Shown: positions 38,398-47,913 of the stretch, piece after piece
Numbering within the stretch: the first letter of the stretch is position 1
Layout: every line of letters starts with the position of its first letter
Source: an uncultured Acidobacteriota bacterium
Lineage (GTDB): Bacteria; Acidobacteriota; Thermoanaerobaculia; Multivoradales; UBA5704
Assembly: GCA_963700145.1 (NCBI GenBank)
Contig: OY969474.1
Coordinates: forward strand, 2,880,001 to 2,944,000
Direction: 5' to 3'
Length of the DNA stretch: 64,000 bases
Translations under genes and position numbers: made by a program
Notes under the pieces: model-generated
Told to the model about the DNA's origin: nothing
Databases searched by the model: none
Seen by the model: the letters and a program-made list of their open reading frames with translations, nothing else

Positions 38398-40447
38398 GGT
38401 CCTCCAGGTGGCGCGGCGCGAAGCGCTCCGGGCGCTCGACCACCCACTTCGCCTCGATCGGCCAGTCGGTGCGCGGGTTGCCGACGATGTGCAGCCAGCG
38501 CACGCCGGCCCGGCGGAGGTTGGCGAGCCAGGCCTCGGGGTCGGGGTTCAGGCGCGGGTTGCAGCCCGGATACTCCGCCGCCGCGCGGCGGTCGGCGGCG
38601 TCGACGTTGACGTAGATCGCCCGCCGCTCCAGCCGCGGCCCCATCGCCGGGTAACGGAAGCCGTGGGTGGCCGAGCTGGCGACCGCCACCGTGCCGTCGC
38701 CGCCGTGGGCGTCGAGCCACTCCCAGGCGCCGGCGTAGAGCGGCGCGGGGGTGAGGTGGACGGTGAACTCCTCCCGCAGGGCCCGGCCGCGGTCGAGGAT
38801 GCGGAAGTGGGCGAGGAGGGGCGCGCCGAGGACGGCGAGCGCCAGCGCCGCCGCGGCGAGAAGACGCCAGCGCGCCCGCACGGCGGCGCGCGCCGCCGGC
38901 GAGAGCGCGAGGCCGGCGACCGCCAGGTCGGCGAGCCCGGCCGCCGCCCGCACCGCCTGGGGCAGCTCGGCGTGGAGCATGAGGAGCCCCTGGAGGACGA
39001 CGGCGAGGGCGAGCCCCCGCAGCAACCGTTCGTGGGCGCCGCGGATCTCGGCCAGCGCCACCGCTGCCGCGAAGGCGAGCCCAAAGGCGGGCAGCAAGTA
39101 GCGGGTGTTGGCGTAGACGTGCCCCAGCGCGGCGTAGGGGACCAGCGCCCAGAAAGCGCCCTCGAGCGCGATCTGGCTCCACACCACCCAGGCTTCGCGC
39201 CGGCGGCCGGCCGCGGCGGCGAGCGGCAGCACCAGCGCCGCCGGCAGGAGCAGCAGGACCGCGGGCCCCGCTCCCATCTCCAGCGACGCCGGCTGCGTGG
39301 TGCCGAAGAGCGAGCGCAGCGCCTCCCCTTCCAGCCACATCGGCCGCGGCAGGTCGGCGACCGAGCTGCTCCGCGGCAGGCGGTGCGTTTCCGCGCGCGG
39401 CTCGACGCGGCCGGTCGCCTCGCACTCCAGGGCCAGCGGATCGACCCCCAGTGCGACGTTGCGCAGGTAGAAGCCGCCGCCGACGGCCGCGGCGACGAGC
39501 AGCGCGGCGCCGAGCTGCGGCAGGCGCCGGCGCCAGGCGCCGCGCGCGAAGGCGACGACGGCCGCGCCGAGCGCCAGCGCGTAGAGCACGCCGAGCACCT
39601 TGGTGCCGGCGGCGATCCCCAGGCCGGCGGCGGCGAGGAGCGCCTCGCCCCAGGCCGGCTCGCGCAGCCAGCGCAGCCCGAAGTAGGCGGCGGCGAGGAG
39701 CCCCGCGGCGGTCAGGATGTCGACGTAGGGCGTCGCCGCGAAGCGCAGCACCGCCGGGATCGAGAGCGTGGCGAAGGCGGCGAGCGGCCAGTGCCGCTCG
39801 GCGCCCAGCCGCCGCGCCACGCCGCCCACCGCCAGCCCGAGCAGCGCCCACTGCGGCAGGAAAGCGAGGTTGACGTACAGCTCGCTGTGCGAGGGCGCCA
39901 TCCACCACCAGAGCCAGAGCGAGCCGTTGGCCGGCGCGTAGCCGTAGTAGTTGACCGGGAAGGCGCCGAAGACCGGGCGGAGGTCGCCGTCTTGGAGCCA
40001 GGTCGCCGCCAGCAGCAGGTGGTACTGCAGCGCGTCCCACGACAGCGGCGGCCGCAGCAGGCCGCGCAGCGCTTCGCTGGCGACGCCGTGGAAGAGCGCC
40101 AGCGACAGCGCGGGGTGGGCGCGGAGCTGGCGCCAGACGGCGGCGGCGAGCGCGGCGGCGGGGGCGCGCAGCTCGCCGGCCCCGAGGCGGCGCGGCCAGG
40201 CGAGAAGCGCCGCGGCGGCCAGCGCCTCGACCGCCAGCGCCAGCTCGATGCGCAGCGCGCCGAGGGCGCCGAGCAGGAAGGCGACGGCGAGCGCCTGGCC
40301 CGTGGCGGCGGTGAGCGTCGCCACCGCCAGCGGCAGCGGCTCGACGGCGGCGCGCGGGCCGAGCAGGCGGAGCGCCAGGATGTAGCCGACCAGCCCCAGC
40401 AGGCCGAGCGTCAGCAGGGTGAGCGCGGCGCCCAGCAGGTCGAGCAC
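38270..40447 (-). CDS. GT-C-like multi-TM membrane protein, paralog A
   Basis: PPLSWDALQYHL, YVDI, AAGTK, FYLRN, NTRYLLP. Confidence 0.7.
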   Translation of the reverse strand: MLDLLGAALTLLTLGLLGLVGYILALRLLGPRAAVEPLPLAVATLTAATGQALAVAFLLGALGALRIELALAVEALAAAALLAWPRRLGAGELRAPAAALAAAVWRQLRAHPALSLALFHGVASEALRGLLRPPLSWDALQYHLLLAATWLQDGDLRPVFGAFPVNYYGYAPANGSLWLWWWMAPSHSELYVNLAFLPQWALLGLAVGGVARRLGAERHWPLAAFATLSIPAVLRFAATPYVDILTAAGLLAAAYFGLRWLREPAWGEALLAAAGLGIAAGTKVLGVLYALALGAAVVAFARGAWRRRLPQLGAALLVAAAVGGGFYLRNVALGVDPLALECEATGRVEPRAETHRLPRSSSVADLPRPMWLEGEALRSLFGTTQPASLEMGAGPAVLLLLPAALVLPLAAAAGRRREAWVVWSQIALEGAFWALVPYAALGHVYANTRYLLPAFGLAFAAAVALAEIRGAHERLLRGLALAVVLQGLLMLHAELPQAVRAAAGLADLAVAGLALSPAARAAVRARWRLLAAAALALAVLGAPLLAHFRILDRGRALREEFTVHLTPAPLYAGAWEWLDAHGGDGTVAVASSATHGFRYPAMGPRLERRAIYVNVDAADRRAAAEYPGCNPRLNPDPEAWLANLRRAGVRWLHIVGNPRTDWPIEAKWVVERPERFAPRHLEDLSVVFEVLPEGAADRGARPRSGGAPPGAGRPRSPDRAPGPGD

Positions 40448-40459
40448 AGGCGCGGCTCC

Positions 40460-41164
40460 TCAGGCGGCGGCCAGCCGGGCGACCAGGAAGGCGCCGTGCC
40501 GGCGGTCGAGGCGGGTCGCCCAGCGGGCGAGCCGCGGCGGGAGCGGGTAGTAGGCGACGGTCTTGAGCGTCTCGACGCGCAGCCCGTGGTGGCGGCAGAG
40601 CTCGGCCAGGGCGCGGCCGCTGAAAAGCCGCAGGTGGCTGTCCTCGGGGTGGTCGATCAGCTGCCCGTGGAGCGGGTCGAAGGGGTTTCCGACCAGCACC
40701 TCCGAGGAGACGTGCGCGGGCGGCGGCTGGAAGCCGAGGGCGAGCGAGACCACGTTGTGCCAGCTCGCCAGGTTGTTGGTCGAGAGCAGCGCCACGCCGT
40801 CCGGCCGCAGCACCCGGCGCACCTCGCGCAGGAAGTGGTCGGTCGAGCGCAGGTGCTCGATCACCTGGTTGGCGTGGACGACGTGGAAGCTGGCGGCGGC
40901 GAAGGGGAAGGGGGCGTTGAGGTCGGCGACCGCGACGCGCACGCCGCGCGCGGCCGCGACGCGCGCCCGCGCCGGCACCGCCTCGATGCCGTGCGGCCGC
41001 GCCTCGGAGCGCGCCGCCAGCTCGGCGGTGAAGGCGCCGTCGCCGCAGCCGCAGTCGAGGAGCGCGCCGCCCGGGCGCCGCTCGAGCAGGCCGAGGATCT
41101 CCTCCCGGTTCAGCCGCTCGCTGGCGCGGAACACCCTGAAGAGGTAGCTCTCCGGCTCGTCCAT
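40460..41164 (-). CDS. Class I SAM-dependent methyltransferase
   Basis: LLDCGCGDG, VADLNAPFPF, NQVIEHL, RRVLRPDG. Confidence 0.88.
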   Translation of the reverse strand: MDEPESYLFRVFRASERLNREEILGLLERRPGGALLDCGCGDGAFTAELAARSEARPHGIEAVPARARVAAARGVRVAVADLNAPFPFAAASFHVVHANQVIEHLRSTDHFLREVRRVLRPDGVALLSTNNLASWHNVVSLALGFQPPPAHVSSEVLVGNPFDPLHGQLIDHPEDSHLRLFSGRALAELCRHHGLRVETLKTVAYYPLPPRLARWATRLDRRHGAFLVARLAAA

Positions 41165-41192
41165 CGGCGCGCTCCCGTGGGGTCGCGGCAGT

Positions 41193-42347
41193 CTAGCAGC
41201 CGCCTCCGCGCGCCCCGCCCAGCACCTCGGCGTAGAAGGCCTCGACGCGCGCGGCGAGGACCTCCCAGTCGTACTCCGCGGCGCGCGCCCGGGCAGCCGC
41301 GGCGAGACGCGCGCGCGCCGGCTCGTCGTCGAGCAGCCGGGAGAGCGCCGCGGCGAGGGCCTCGGCCTCCGGCTCGACGGCGCTCCCCTCCACCCCGTCG
41401 CGCACCAGCTCGGAGACCGCGCTGCCGGGGGCGCGGCAGTAGACGACCGGCAGCCCCGCCGCCATCGCCTCCAGCGGGAACATGCCGAAGCTGTCCTGCG
41501 AGGAGGGCTGGACAGCGACGCGCGCGCCGCCCATCGCGCGCCACAGCTCGCCGCTCGGCAGCTTGCCGGTGAAGCGCACGGCGCCGCCGAGGCCGAGCGC
41601 TGCGGCGCGCCGCTCAAGCTCGCCGCGCCCGGGGCCGTCGCCGGCGAGAGTCAGGAGCAGGCCGGGGCGCGCCTCCGCGAGGCGGGCGACAGCGGCGAGG
41701 AGGAGGTCCAGCCGCCGCTCGCGCGTCAGCCGGCCGGCGAAGAGGAGGGGCGGCTCCGGCCCGGTCGCGGCCGCGGCGGCGCGGCGGACCGCCGCGCCCG
41801 GGACGCCGTTCGGCAGCACCCGCACGTCGGCGCTCCCGCGGTCGGCGGCGACGCGCTCGGCGGTGAGCCGGCTGACCGCCGCCACGGCAGTCCCGCAGCG
41901 CGCCGCCCGCCGCTCGATCGCGCGATAGACCGGCCACCGCCAGCCGCCCAGGTACTCGCGCCAGTAGGGGCCCCAGTGGGCGTGCCAGTTGACGATCAGC
42001 GGCCGCCCCGCCCGCCGGCAGCGCCGGGCGAGCGGGAAGAGGTGGAGGTAGGGGATGTTGGCGGTCTCGACGAGGTCGTAGGGATCGAGGTCGAGCCGCG
42101 CCACGCGCGCCGCGTAGGAGATCGCACGGCGCGTGCTGCGCCGCCCCGCCGGCGTGTAGAGCGGCAGGTCGGGCCCGAGCGGCAGGTAGCGCACGCCGGG
42201 GGCGGCTTCGCCGCGCGCGGCGCAGAGGCCGCCCAGCGTCACCGCGTGGCCGCGCGCCGCGAGCGCCCGGCCGAGCTCGAAGTTGCGGTGCTCGACGCCG
42301 CCGACGTGCTCGGGGTAGACGACGTCGTAGAGGAGGAGGACCTTCAT
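41193..42347 (-). CDS. Glycosyltransferase family 4, paralog A
   Basis: YDVVYPEHVGGVE, PNGV, FAGRL, GDGP, DSFGMFPLEAMAAGLPVV. Confidence 0.9.
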   Translation of the reverse strand: MKVLLLYDVVYPEHVGGVEHRNFELGRALAARGHAVTLGGLCAARGEAAPGVRYLPLGPDLPLYTPAGRRSTRRAISYAARVARLDLDPYDLVETANIPYLHLFPLARRCRRAGRPLIVNWHAHWGPYWREYLGGWRWPVYRAIERRAARCGTAVAAVSRLTAERVAADRGSADVRVLPNGVPGAAVRRAAAAATGPEPPLLFAGRLTRERRLDLLLAAVARLAEARPGLLLTLAGDGPGRGELERRAAALGLGGAVRFTGKLPSGELWRAMGGARVAVQPSSQDSFGMFPLEAMAAGLPVVYCRAPGSAVSELVRDGVEGSAVEPEAEALAAALSRLLDDEPARARLAAAARARAAEYDWEVLAARVEAFYAEVLGGARGGGC

Positions 42348-43288
42348 ACCGTGCTCGCCGCGTCCGTCGCGCGCCGCCGCCGCCCCAGCAGCGCCAGGCA
42401 GAGCGCGCCGGTCGCCGCCTGGAAGGCGAGGCCGAGGCCGGCGAAGGCGAGCCCGAAGGCGAGGACCGCCGCCTCGCGCGCGGCGGCCGTGGCGCCGGGC
42501 GCGAAGGAGGAGAGCAGGACGATCTGCGCCGCCTGCACCGTCCCCAGCCCGGCGGGGGTGATCGGCAGGGCGGCGACGAAGAGCACCAGCGGGAGCAGCG
42601 CGAGCCCCTGCGCCAGCGGCATGCGGACACCCCAGATCCAGAGCGCCCCCCACTGGCCGAGCGCGAGCGCCGCGACGTGCGGCAGGCGCGCCGCGGTCGT
42701 TAGCAGGTGACCGCGCAGGCCGGCGCCGAAGAGTGGCGCGAGGCCGGGCCGCTCCGCCAGGGGGCGGGGCCGCGCGGCGACGATCCCGTAGTAGACGAGG
42801 AGCGCGCCGCCGGCGGCGAGGAGCGCGGCGTCGACCCCCCGCAAGCCCGCCGGCCCCGGCCCGCCGGCCGCCCGGCCCACCGCCGCCGCGGCGACCAGGG
42901 CCGTCAAGTTGCAGCCGAGGAGGAAGAGCACGCAGCCCGCGGCGCGCGGCGCGGCGAGCCCCCGCCGGTGGAGGTACACCCCGATCCCGCCCTGCCCCGC
43001 CGTGTAGCTCACCAAGCCGAGGAGGTAGCTCGCGCCACGCACCAGGAGCAGCTCGCCCGCCGGCAGCCGGACGCCGGCCGCCGCCAGCCCGGCGCGCGTC
43101 GCCCAGGCGTCGGCGAGGAGCGTCAGCGCGGCGAGCGGCAGGGTGTAGAGCGCCAGCGCCGGCCAGGGGCCGGCGGCGAGGGCGCGCCGCACCTCGTCGA
43201 GCGGCAGCCGCCAGACGAGCCAGGCGAGCAGCGCGGCCGCGGCGAGCCAGGGCCAGAGCCGGCGGCGGGCGCGCGGCGCGGCCTCCAC
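42344..43288 (-). CDS. Flippase-like (LPG synthase TM) membrane protein
   Basis: Multi-TM; ALPITPAGLGTVQAA; GTG start at 43288. Confidence 0.72.
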   Translation of the reverse strand: MEAAPRARRRLWPWLAAAALLAWLVWRLPLDEVRRALAAGPWPALALYTLPLAALTLLADAWATRAGLAAAGVRLPAGELLLVRGASYLLGLVSYTAGQGGIGVYLHRRGLAAPRAAGCVLFLLGCNLTALVAAAAVGRAAGGPGPAGLRGVDAALLAAGGALLVYYGIVAARPRPLAERPGLAPLFGAGLRGHLLTTAARLPHVAALALGQWGALWIWGVRMPLAQGLALLPLVLFVAALPITPAGLGTVQAAQIVLLSSFAPGATAAAREAAVLAFGLAFAGLGLAFQAATGALCLALLGRRRRATDAASTV

Positions 43289-44481
43289 TACCGGCGCGGC
43301 ACGAGCATCAGGTTGAGCAGGAAGGCGGCGAAGACGGTCTGCGCGCCGAGCACCAGCGCCGCCATCCCGATCACCACGCCGCGCACCGCCATGAGGTCGC
43401 CATAGCCCGTCGACACCCAGTCGGCGACGATCTTGATCTCCAGCCCCAGGCCGGCGAGGAAGAGCAGCGCCCCGGCCAGGAGGCCGCGCTCGAGGCTGAA
43501 GCGCGGCAGCCAGCGCCGCAGCCACTGCTCGCGGCGGGCGAAGCCGGCGGTCATCGAGAAGGTCTTGGCGAAGAGATCGAAGAGCACCAGGTTGTAGCCG
43601 AGGATCAGCGCCGCGGCGCCGAAGAGCAGCGGATGGTAGTCCCAGCGGTGGCCGAAGAGCTCGCGCGGCCCGCCGGCCAGGGCGAGCATCAGCGCCCCGC
43701 CGACCGCCATCAGCAAGAGGCCGGGGAGCTGGAAGAGGTAGGACGGCGAGAAGAGGAGCATGAAGCGCACGTGCCGCCAGGCGTCGCGCAGGCCGGAGAG
43801 CTTCGACTCCCCTTCGCGCGGGTGGTAGGTGATCGGCACCTCCTCGATGCGCAGCTCCTCGCGCAGGGCGTTGACCACCATCTCGGAGGCGAACTCCATC
43901 CCGGTCGTGCGCAGGTGCATGCGCTCGGCGGCGGCGCGGGTCAGGCCGCGCATGCCGCAGTGGGAGTCGGAGACCCGGGTCTTGAACAGCAGCCGCAGCA
44001 TGCCAGAGAGGATCGGATTGCCGATCCAACGGTGCGACCAGGACATGGCGCCGGGGAGGATCGTCCCCTTGAAGCGGCTCCCCATGACGAAGTCGCAGCG
44101 GCCGGCCAGCAGCGGCTGGAGGAAGCGGCCGATGTCGGCGAAGTCGTAGGTGTTGTCGGCGTCCCCCATGACCAGGTACTGACCGCGCGCCTCCGCGAAG
44201 CCGCGCAGGTAGGCCGCGCCGTAGCCGCGGCGCCGCTCGTGGACGACGCGCGCGCCGGCGGCGGCGGCGACCTCGGGCGAGCCGTCCGTCGAGCCGTTGT
44301 CCACCACCACCACCTCCCCCTCGACGCCGAGCGCGGCGAGGGCGGCGAGCGCCTTCTCGACGCAGGTGCCGACCCCTTCGGCCTCGTTCAGGCAGGGCAT
44401 GACGACGGAGACCAGCGGCGCGGCCGCCGGAGCGCGGAGGTCGCGCAGCTCGGACGGTCGGGTGACGGCGGGGTCAGCCAA
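43288..44481 (-). CDS. GT2 polyprenol-phosphate glycosyltransferase (DPM1-like) with C-terminal TMs
   Basis: VVMPCLNE, VDNGSTDGS, RRGYG, GDADNTYD, GSRF, DSHCGMR, MEFASEM. Confidence 0.9.
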   Translation of the reverse strand: MADPAVTRPSELRDLRAPAAAPLVSVVMPCLNEAEGVGTCVEKALAALAALGVEGEVVVVDNGSTDGSPEVAAAAGARVVHERRRGYGAAYLRGFAEARGQYLVMGDADNTYDFADIGRFLQPLLAGRCDFVMGSRFKGTILPGAMSWSHRWIGNPILSGMLRLLFKTRVSDSHCGMRGLTRAAAERMHLRTTGMEFASEMVVNALREELRIEEVPITYHPREGESKLSGLRDAWRHVRFMLLFSPSYLFQLPGLLLMAVGGALMLALAGGPRELFGHRWDYHPLLFGAAALILGYNLVLFDLFAKTFSMTAGFARREQWLRRWLPRFSLERGLLAGALLFLAGLGLEIKIVADWVSTGYGDLMAVRGVVIGMAALVLGAQTVFAAFLLNLMLVPRR

Positions 44482-44517
44482 GCGGGACGGCCTTACGGTT
44501 GGCGCTGGAGCGCGCCG

Positions 44518-46620
44518 CTATTGTACGTCGGCCTCCGGCAGGACCTCGTAGAGACGGTTGCGCGCGTCGGCGAAGACGCGGCGGAAGCGGCGCGGCCGCG
44601 CCTCGGCCCAGGTCCACTCGACCGGCCAGGGCCGGTCGGGATAGCCGTAGACGTGCAGCCAGCGCACGCCGGCGTGCCGCAGGTTGGCGAGCCAGGCGTC
44701 GGGGTCGAGGTCGACGCGCGGGTTGCACGCCGGGTACTGCGCGGCGCCCGGGTGGTCGGCGCGGTTGACGTTGACGTAGACCGCGCGCCGCTCGAAGCGC
44801 GGTCCCATCGCCGGGTAGATGAAGTACGTCGGGTGCCCGACGACTGCCACCGTCCCCTCCGCACGGTGTCGCTCCAGCCAGCGCCAGGCCGGGGCCCAGT
44901 GGCGCGCCGGCGTGGCGTGGACGCTCGACTCGCGGGTGAGCGCGCGGCCGCGGTAGGCGACGCGGTAGCTCGCCCAGGCCGGGGCGAGGACGACGACGGC
45001 GAGGAGCGCCGCCGCGGCGAGGGCGGGCAGGCGCCGCCGGGCCGCGGCGCGCAGGCGCGGCGCGAGAAGGAGCGCGAGCGCGGCGAGGTCGGCGGCGCCG
45101 ATTACCAGCCGGGCGCCACGCGGCATCGCCGCCTGGAGCATCAGCAGGTCCTGGACGAGGAGCGCCACGGCGAGCAGGCGCAGGGCGCGGTCGGGGACGC
45201 CGCGCGCTTCGGCGATCGCCACGCCGGCGGCGAAGAGGAGCGCCACCGTCGCCAGCAGGTAGCGCGGGTTGGCGAAGACGTGGCGGTTCCCGGCGTAGGC
45301 GACGGTGGTCCAGAAGAGGAGATGGAGGAGGACCTGGACGAGGACGACTGTCCCTTCGCGGCGGCGCGCCCGCGCCAGCCCCCAGGGCAGCGCCAAGAGG
45401 GCGGCCAGGAGGACGAACGCCTGCGGCCCCACGCCCAGCTCGAGCGACGACGGCAGGGTGATCCCGAGGAGCGCGTCGAGGAGCTGCCCTTCGGCGAGCA
45501 TCTCCCGCGGCATGGTGACGATCGAGCCGGCGCGCGGCAGCGAGCCGACCCGCTCCGGCGGCTCGCCGCGCGCCGTGCCCTCGCAGACCGCGGCGAGCGG
45601 ATCGGCGCCCAGCGCCAGGTTGCGGGCGTAGAAGAAGCCGCCGAGCGCCAGGGCGAGGACCAGGGCGGCGGCGGCCTGCGGCAGGCGGCGCCGCCACTCC
45701 CCGCGCGCCGCGGCGAGCAGCGTGACCGCGAGGGCGGCGCCATAGAAGACCCCGAGCACCTTGGTGCCGGCGGCGAGCCCCAGCGCGGCGCCGGCGAGGA
45801 GCGCCTCCGCCCAGCGCGGCGCGCGCAGCCAGGCGAGCCCGCAGGCGCAGGCCGCCGCGAGGCACGCGGCGGTCGGGATGTCCACGTACTGCGTCGCGGC
45901 GAAGCGCACCACCGCCGGCACGTTGAGCGTCAGAAAGACGGCGAGCGGCCAGTGGCGGGCCGCGCCGAGCTGCCGCGCCACCGCGCCGGCGGCGAGCCCG
46001 AGGAGGAGCCACGCCGGGAACGCCGCGAGGTTGACGTACAGCTCGCTGTGCGACGGCGCCATCCACCACCAGAGCCCGAGCGCGCCGTTGCCGGGCGCAT
46101 AGCCGTAGTAGTTGATCGGCACCGGCCCGAGCACCGGCCCGAGGTCGCCGCGCTGCAGCCAGCTGGCGGCCAGCAGCAGGTGGTACATCAGGCTGTCCCA
46201 GGAGAGCGGCGGGCGGAGCAGGCCGCGCAGCGCTTCGCTCCCGGCGGCGTGCAGGGTGATGAGCGCGAGCGCCGGGTAGTCGGAGAGCCGCGCGCCGGCG
46301 CGGCGGGCGAGGTGGGCGAACGGCGCGAAGTCGGCGCGCGCCACGGCACGCGGGAAGCGGGCGAGGAGGACGACGACCGCGGCCAGCAGCGGCAGCGCGA
46401 GGGCGATGCGCAGCAGGCCGATGGCGCCGAGGAGGAGGGCGAGCCCGACCGCCACGGCGGCGCCGCCGACGAGGGTCGCGAGCGCCAGGAGGAGGGGGTC
46501 GGAGGCGGCGCGCTCGCGCAGCAGGCGGAGGGCGAGGAGCGCGCCGGCCAGGCCGAGCAGCCCGAGGGCGACGAGGGTCGCCAGCGCCCCCAGGGCGTCG
46601 GTCCAGAGCATGGAGCGCAT
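44518..46620 (-). CDS. GT-C-like multi-TM membrane protein, paralog B of 38270-40447
   Basis: Shares PPLSWD..YHL, NYYGYAP, WWWMAPSHSELYVNL, AGTKVLG, YPAMGPR and CNPR with paralog A. Confidence 0.72.
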   Translation of the reverse strand: MRSMLWTDALGALATLVALGLLGLAGALLALRLLRERAASDPLLLALATLVGGAAVAVGLALLLGAIGLLRIALALPLLAAVVVLLARFPRAVARADFAPFAHLARRAGARLSDYPALALITLHAAGSEALRGLLRPPLSWDSLMYHLLLAASWLQRGDLGPVLGPVPINYYGYAPGNGALGLWWWMAPSHSELYVNLAAFPAWLLLGLAAGAVARQLGAARHWPLAVFLTLNVPAVVRFAATQYVDIPTAACLAAACACGLAWLRAPRWAEALLAGAALGLAAGTKVLGVFYGAALAVTLLAAARGEWRRRLPQAAAALVLALALGGFFYARNLALGADPLAAVCEGTARGEPPERVGSLPRAGSIVTMPREMLAEGQLLDALLGITLPSSLELGVGPQAFVLLAALLALPWGLARARRREGTVVLVQVLLHLLFWTTVAYAGNRHVFANPRYLLATVALLFAAGVAIAEARGVPDRALRLLAVALLVQDLLMLQAAMPRGARLVIGAADLAALALLLAPRLRAAARRRLPALAAAALLAVVVLAPAWASYRVAYRGRALTRESSVHATPARHWAPAWRWLERHRAEGTVAVVGHPTYFIYPAMGPRFERRAVYVNVNRADHPGAAQYPACNPRVDLDPDAWLANLRHAGVRWLHVYGYPDRPWPVEWTWAEARPRRFRRVFADARNRLYEVLPEADVQ

Positions 46621-46663
46621 TGTCTAGCACAGCCCCGCGGGCGCCGCGCGCTACCATCCGCGC

Positions 46664-47350
46664 GTGCACGGCGAGGCCGGCTACTTCGAGCGGGAGTACT
46701 TCGAGCTGCACCCGGGGAAGGTGCGGTATCTGGAGTGGCTGATCCGGCTGCTGCGCGCGCACGGGGTGGGGGGAGGGGCGGTGCTGGATGTCGGCGCGGG
46801 CTACGGGTTCTTCCTCGCGGCGCTCGAGCGGGGGGGGTACGAGCCGGCCGGGCTCGAGGTGGCGCCGCACGCCGTCGAGGAGGCGCGGCGGCGGACGGGC
46901 GCGGAGGTGGCGGCGGGGAGCGCCGAGGACCCGTTACCCTTCGCGGACGGCCGCTTCGCGGCGGTGACGATGCTCGACGTCATCGAGCACCTTCGCGACG
47001 TCCCCGGCGCCCTCGCCGAATGCCACCGCGTCCTCGCCCCCGGCGGCAAATTCGTAGTCATCACCCTCAACGCCCAAAGCCTCGCCCGCCCCCTCCTCGG
47101 CCGCAACTGGAGCTGGCACCTCGACCCCACCCACATCCATATGTTCTCCCCCCACTCCCTCCGCACCGCCCTCGAAGAAGCCGGCTTCAAGGTGGAGAAG
47201 CTGACGACCATCTCCAACTTCTGCAACGTGGGCGAGGGTAATGCGTCGCTTAAGCCCCTGCGGCGGATAGGACGTGTCGTCACGACTCCCTGGTTCGGGG
47301 ACTCGTTACTCGCTATTGCGGTGCCGCGCGGGACGGATAGTGCCGCGTGA
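46664..47350 (+). CDS. Class I SAM-dependent methyltransferase
   Basis: VLDVGAGYG, DVIEHL, HRVLAPGG, DPTH. Confidence 0.88.
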   Translation: MHGEAGYFEREYFELHPGKVRYLEWLIRLLRAHGVGGGAVLDVGAGYGFFLAALERGGYEPAGLEVAPHAVEEARRRTGAEVAAGSAEDPLPFADGRFAAVTMLDVIEHLRDVPGALAECHRVLAPGGKFVVITLNAQSLARPLLGRNWSWHLDPTHIHMFSPHSLRTALEEAGFKVEKLTTISNFCNVGEGNASLKPLRRIGRVVTTPWFGDSLLAIAVPRGTDSAA

Positions 47351-47563
47351 GATGCCGTGCCACCCGGCCCGCGAAGAGGCGCGCCCGCTTCGCGGGTTCC
47401 TGGTTGGAAGACGAAGTGGCGGACGAGTCGGGTCGGCTTCGTTCGCGTGCGGCAGTGGCCCCCTCACCGGAACGCGCCGCTTCGCAGGCCTCTGGCCCGG
47501 CACATCACGCGGCGCCATGACTCGAATCTCTGAAGTGACGTCAGTGGAGAAAGACGCCCCCTC

Positions 47564-47672
47564 CTTGTCATCCTGAGCGAGAGAGAAGGATCTGGGTGGG
47601 GGGCGGTGCGATGATGGGGCGTCTTCGCGCCACCCCGCCCCCAGATCCCTCGCTCACGCTCGGGATGACAAG
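47564..47672. repeat. REP-like palindromic element
   Basis: CTTGTCATCCTGAGCGAGAGAGAAGGATCTGGG...CCCAGATCCCTCGCTCACGCTCGGGATGACAAG imperfect inverted repeat between convergent genes. Confidence 0.8.
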
Positions 47673-47913
47673 AGAGGACGCTCGGGGTGACATGGGCACC
47701 CTCTCGGCAGGGGCTCCACCGCCGGTTCTAGGGCCCGCAGGATCTCTGGAGCGCCGGGCGCTCCGTCCGCCCCCCGTGGCAGGCCACCGTGCGAGGCGAC
47801 GAAGCAAGAACGTGTTTGCCGGCAAGAGCGGTCTGAACAGGCACGCGAAGCGCGGACATCAAGGAGCGCCCGGCGCGGAGGAGACCTGCGGGACCCCACA
47901 CCGGAACGGCCGA

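Noticed and set aside
38408-47241. Very long alternative ORFs (38408..41572, 42733..47241) and similar ones elsewhere
   Set aside because: Arg/Ala/Gly-rich shadow frames antisense to well-supported genes; expected at this GC content.
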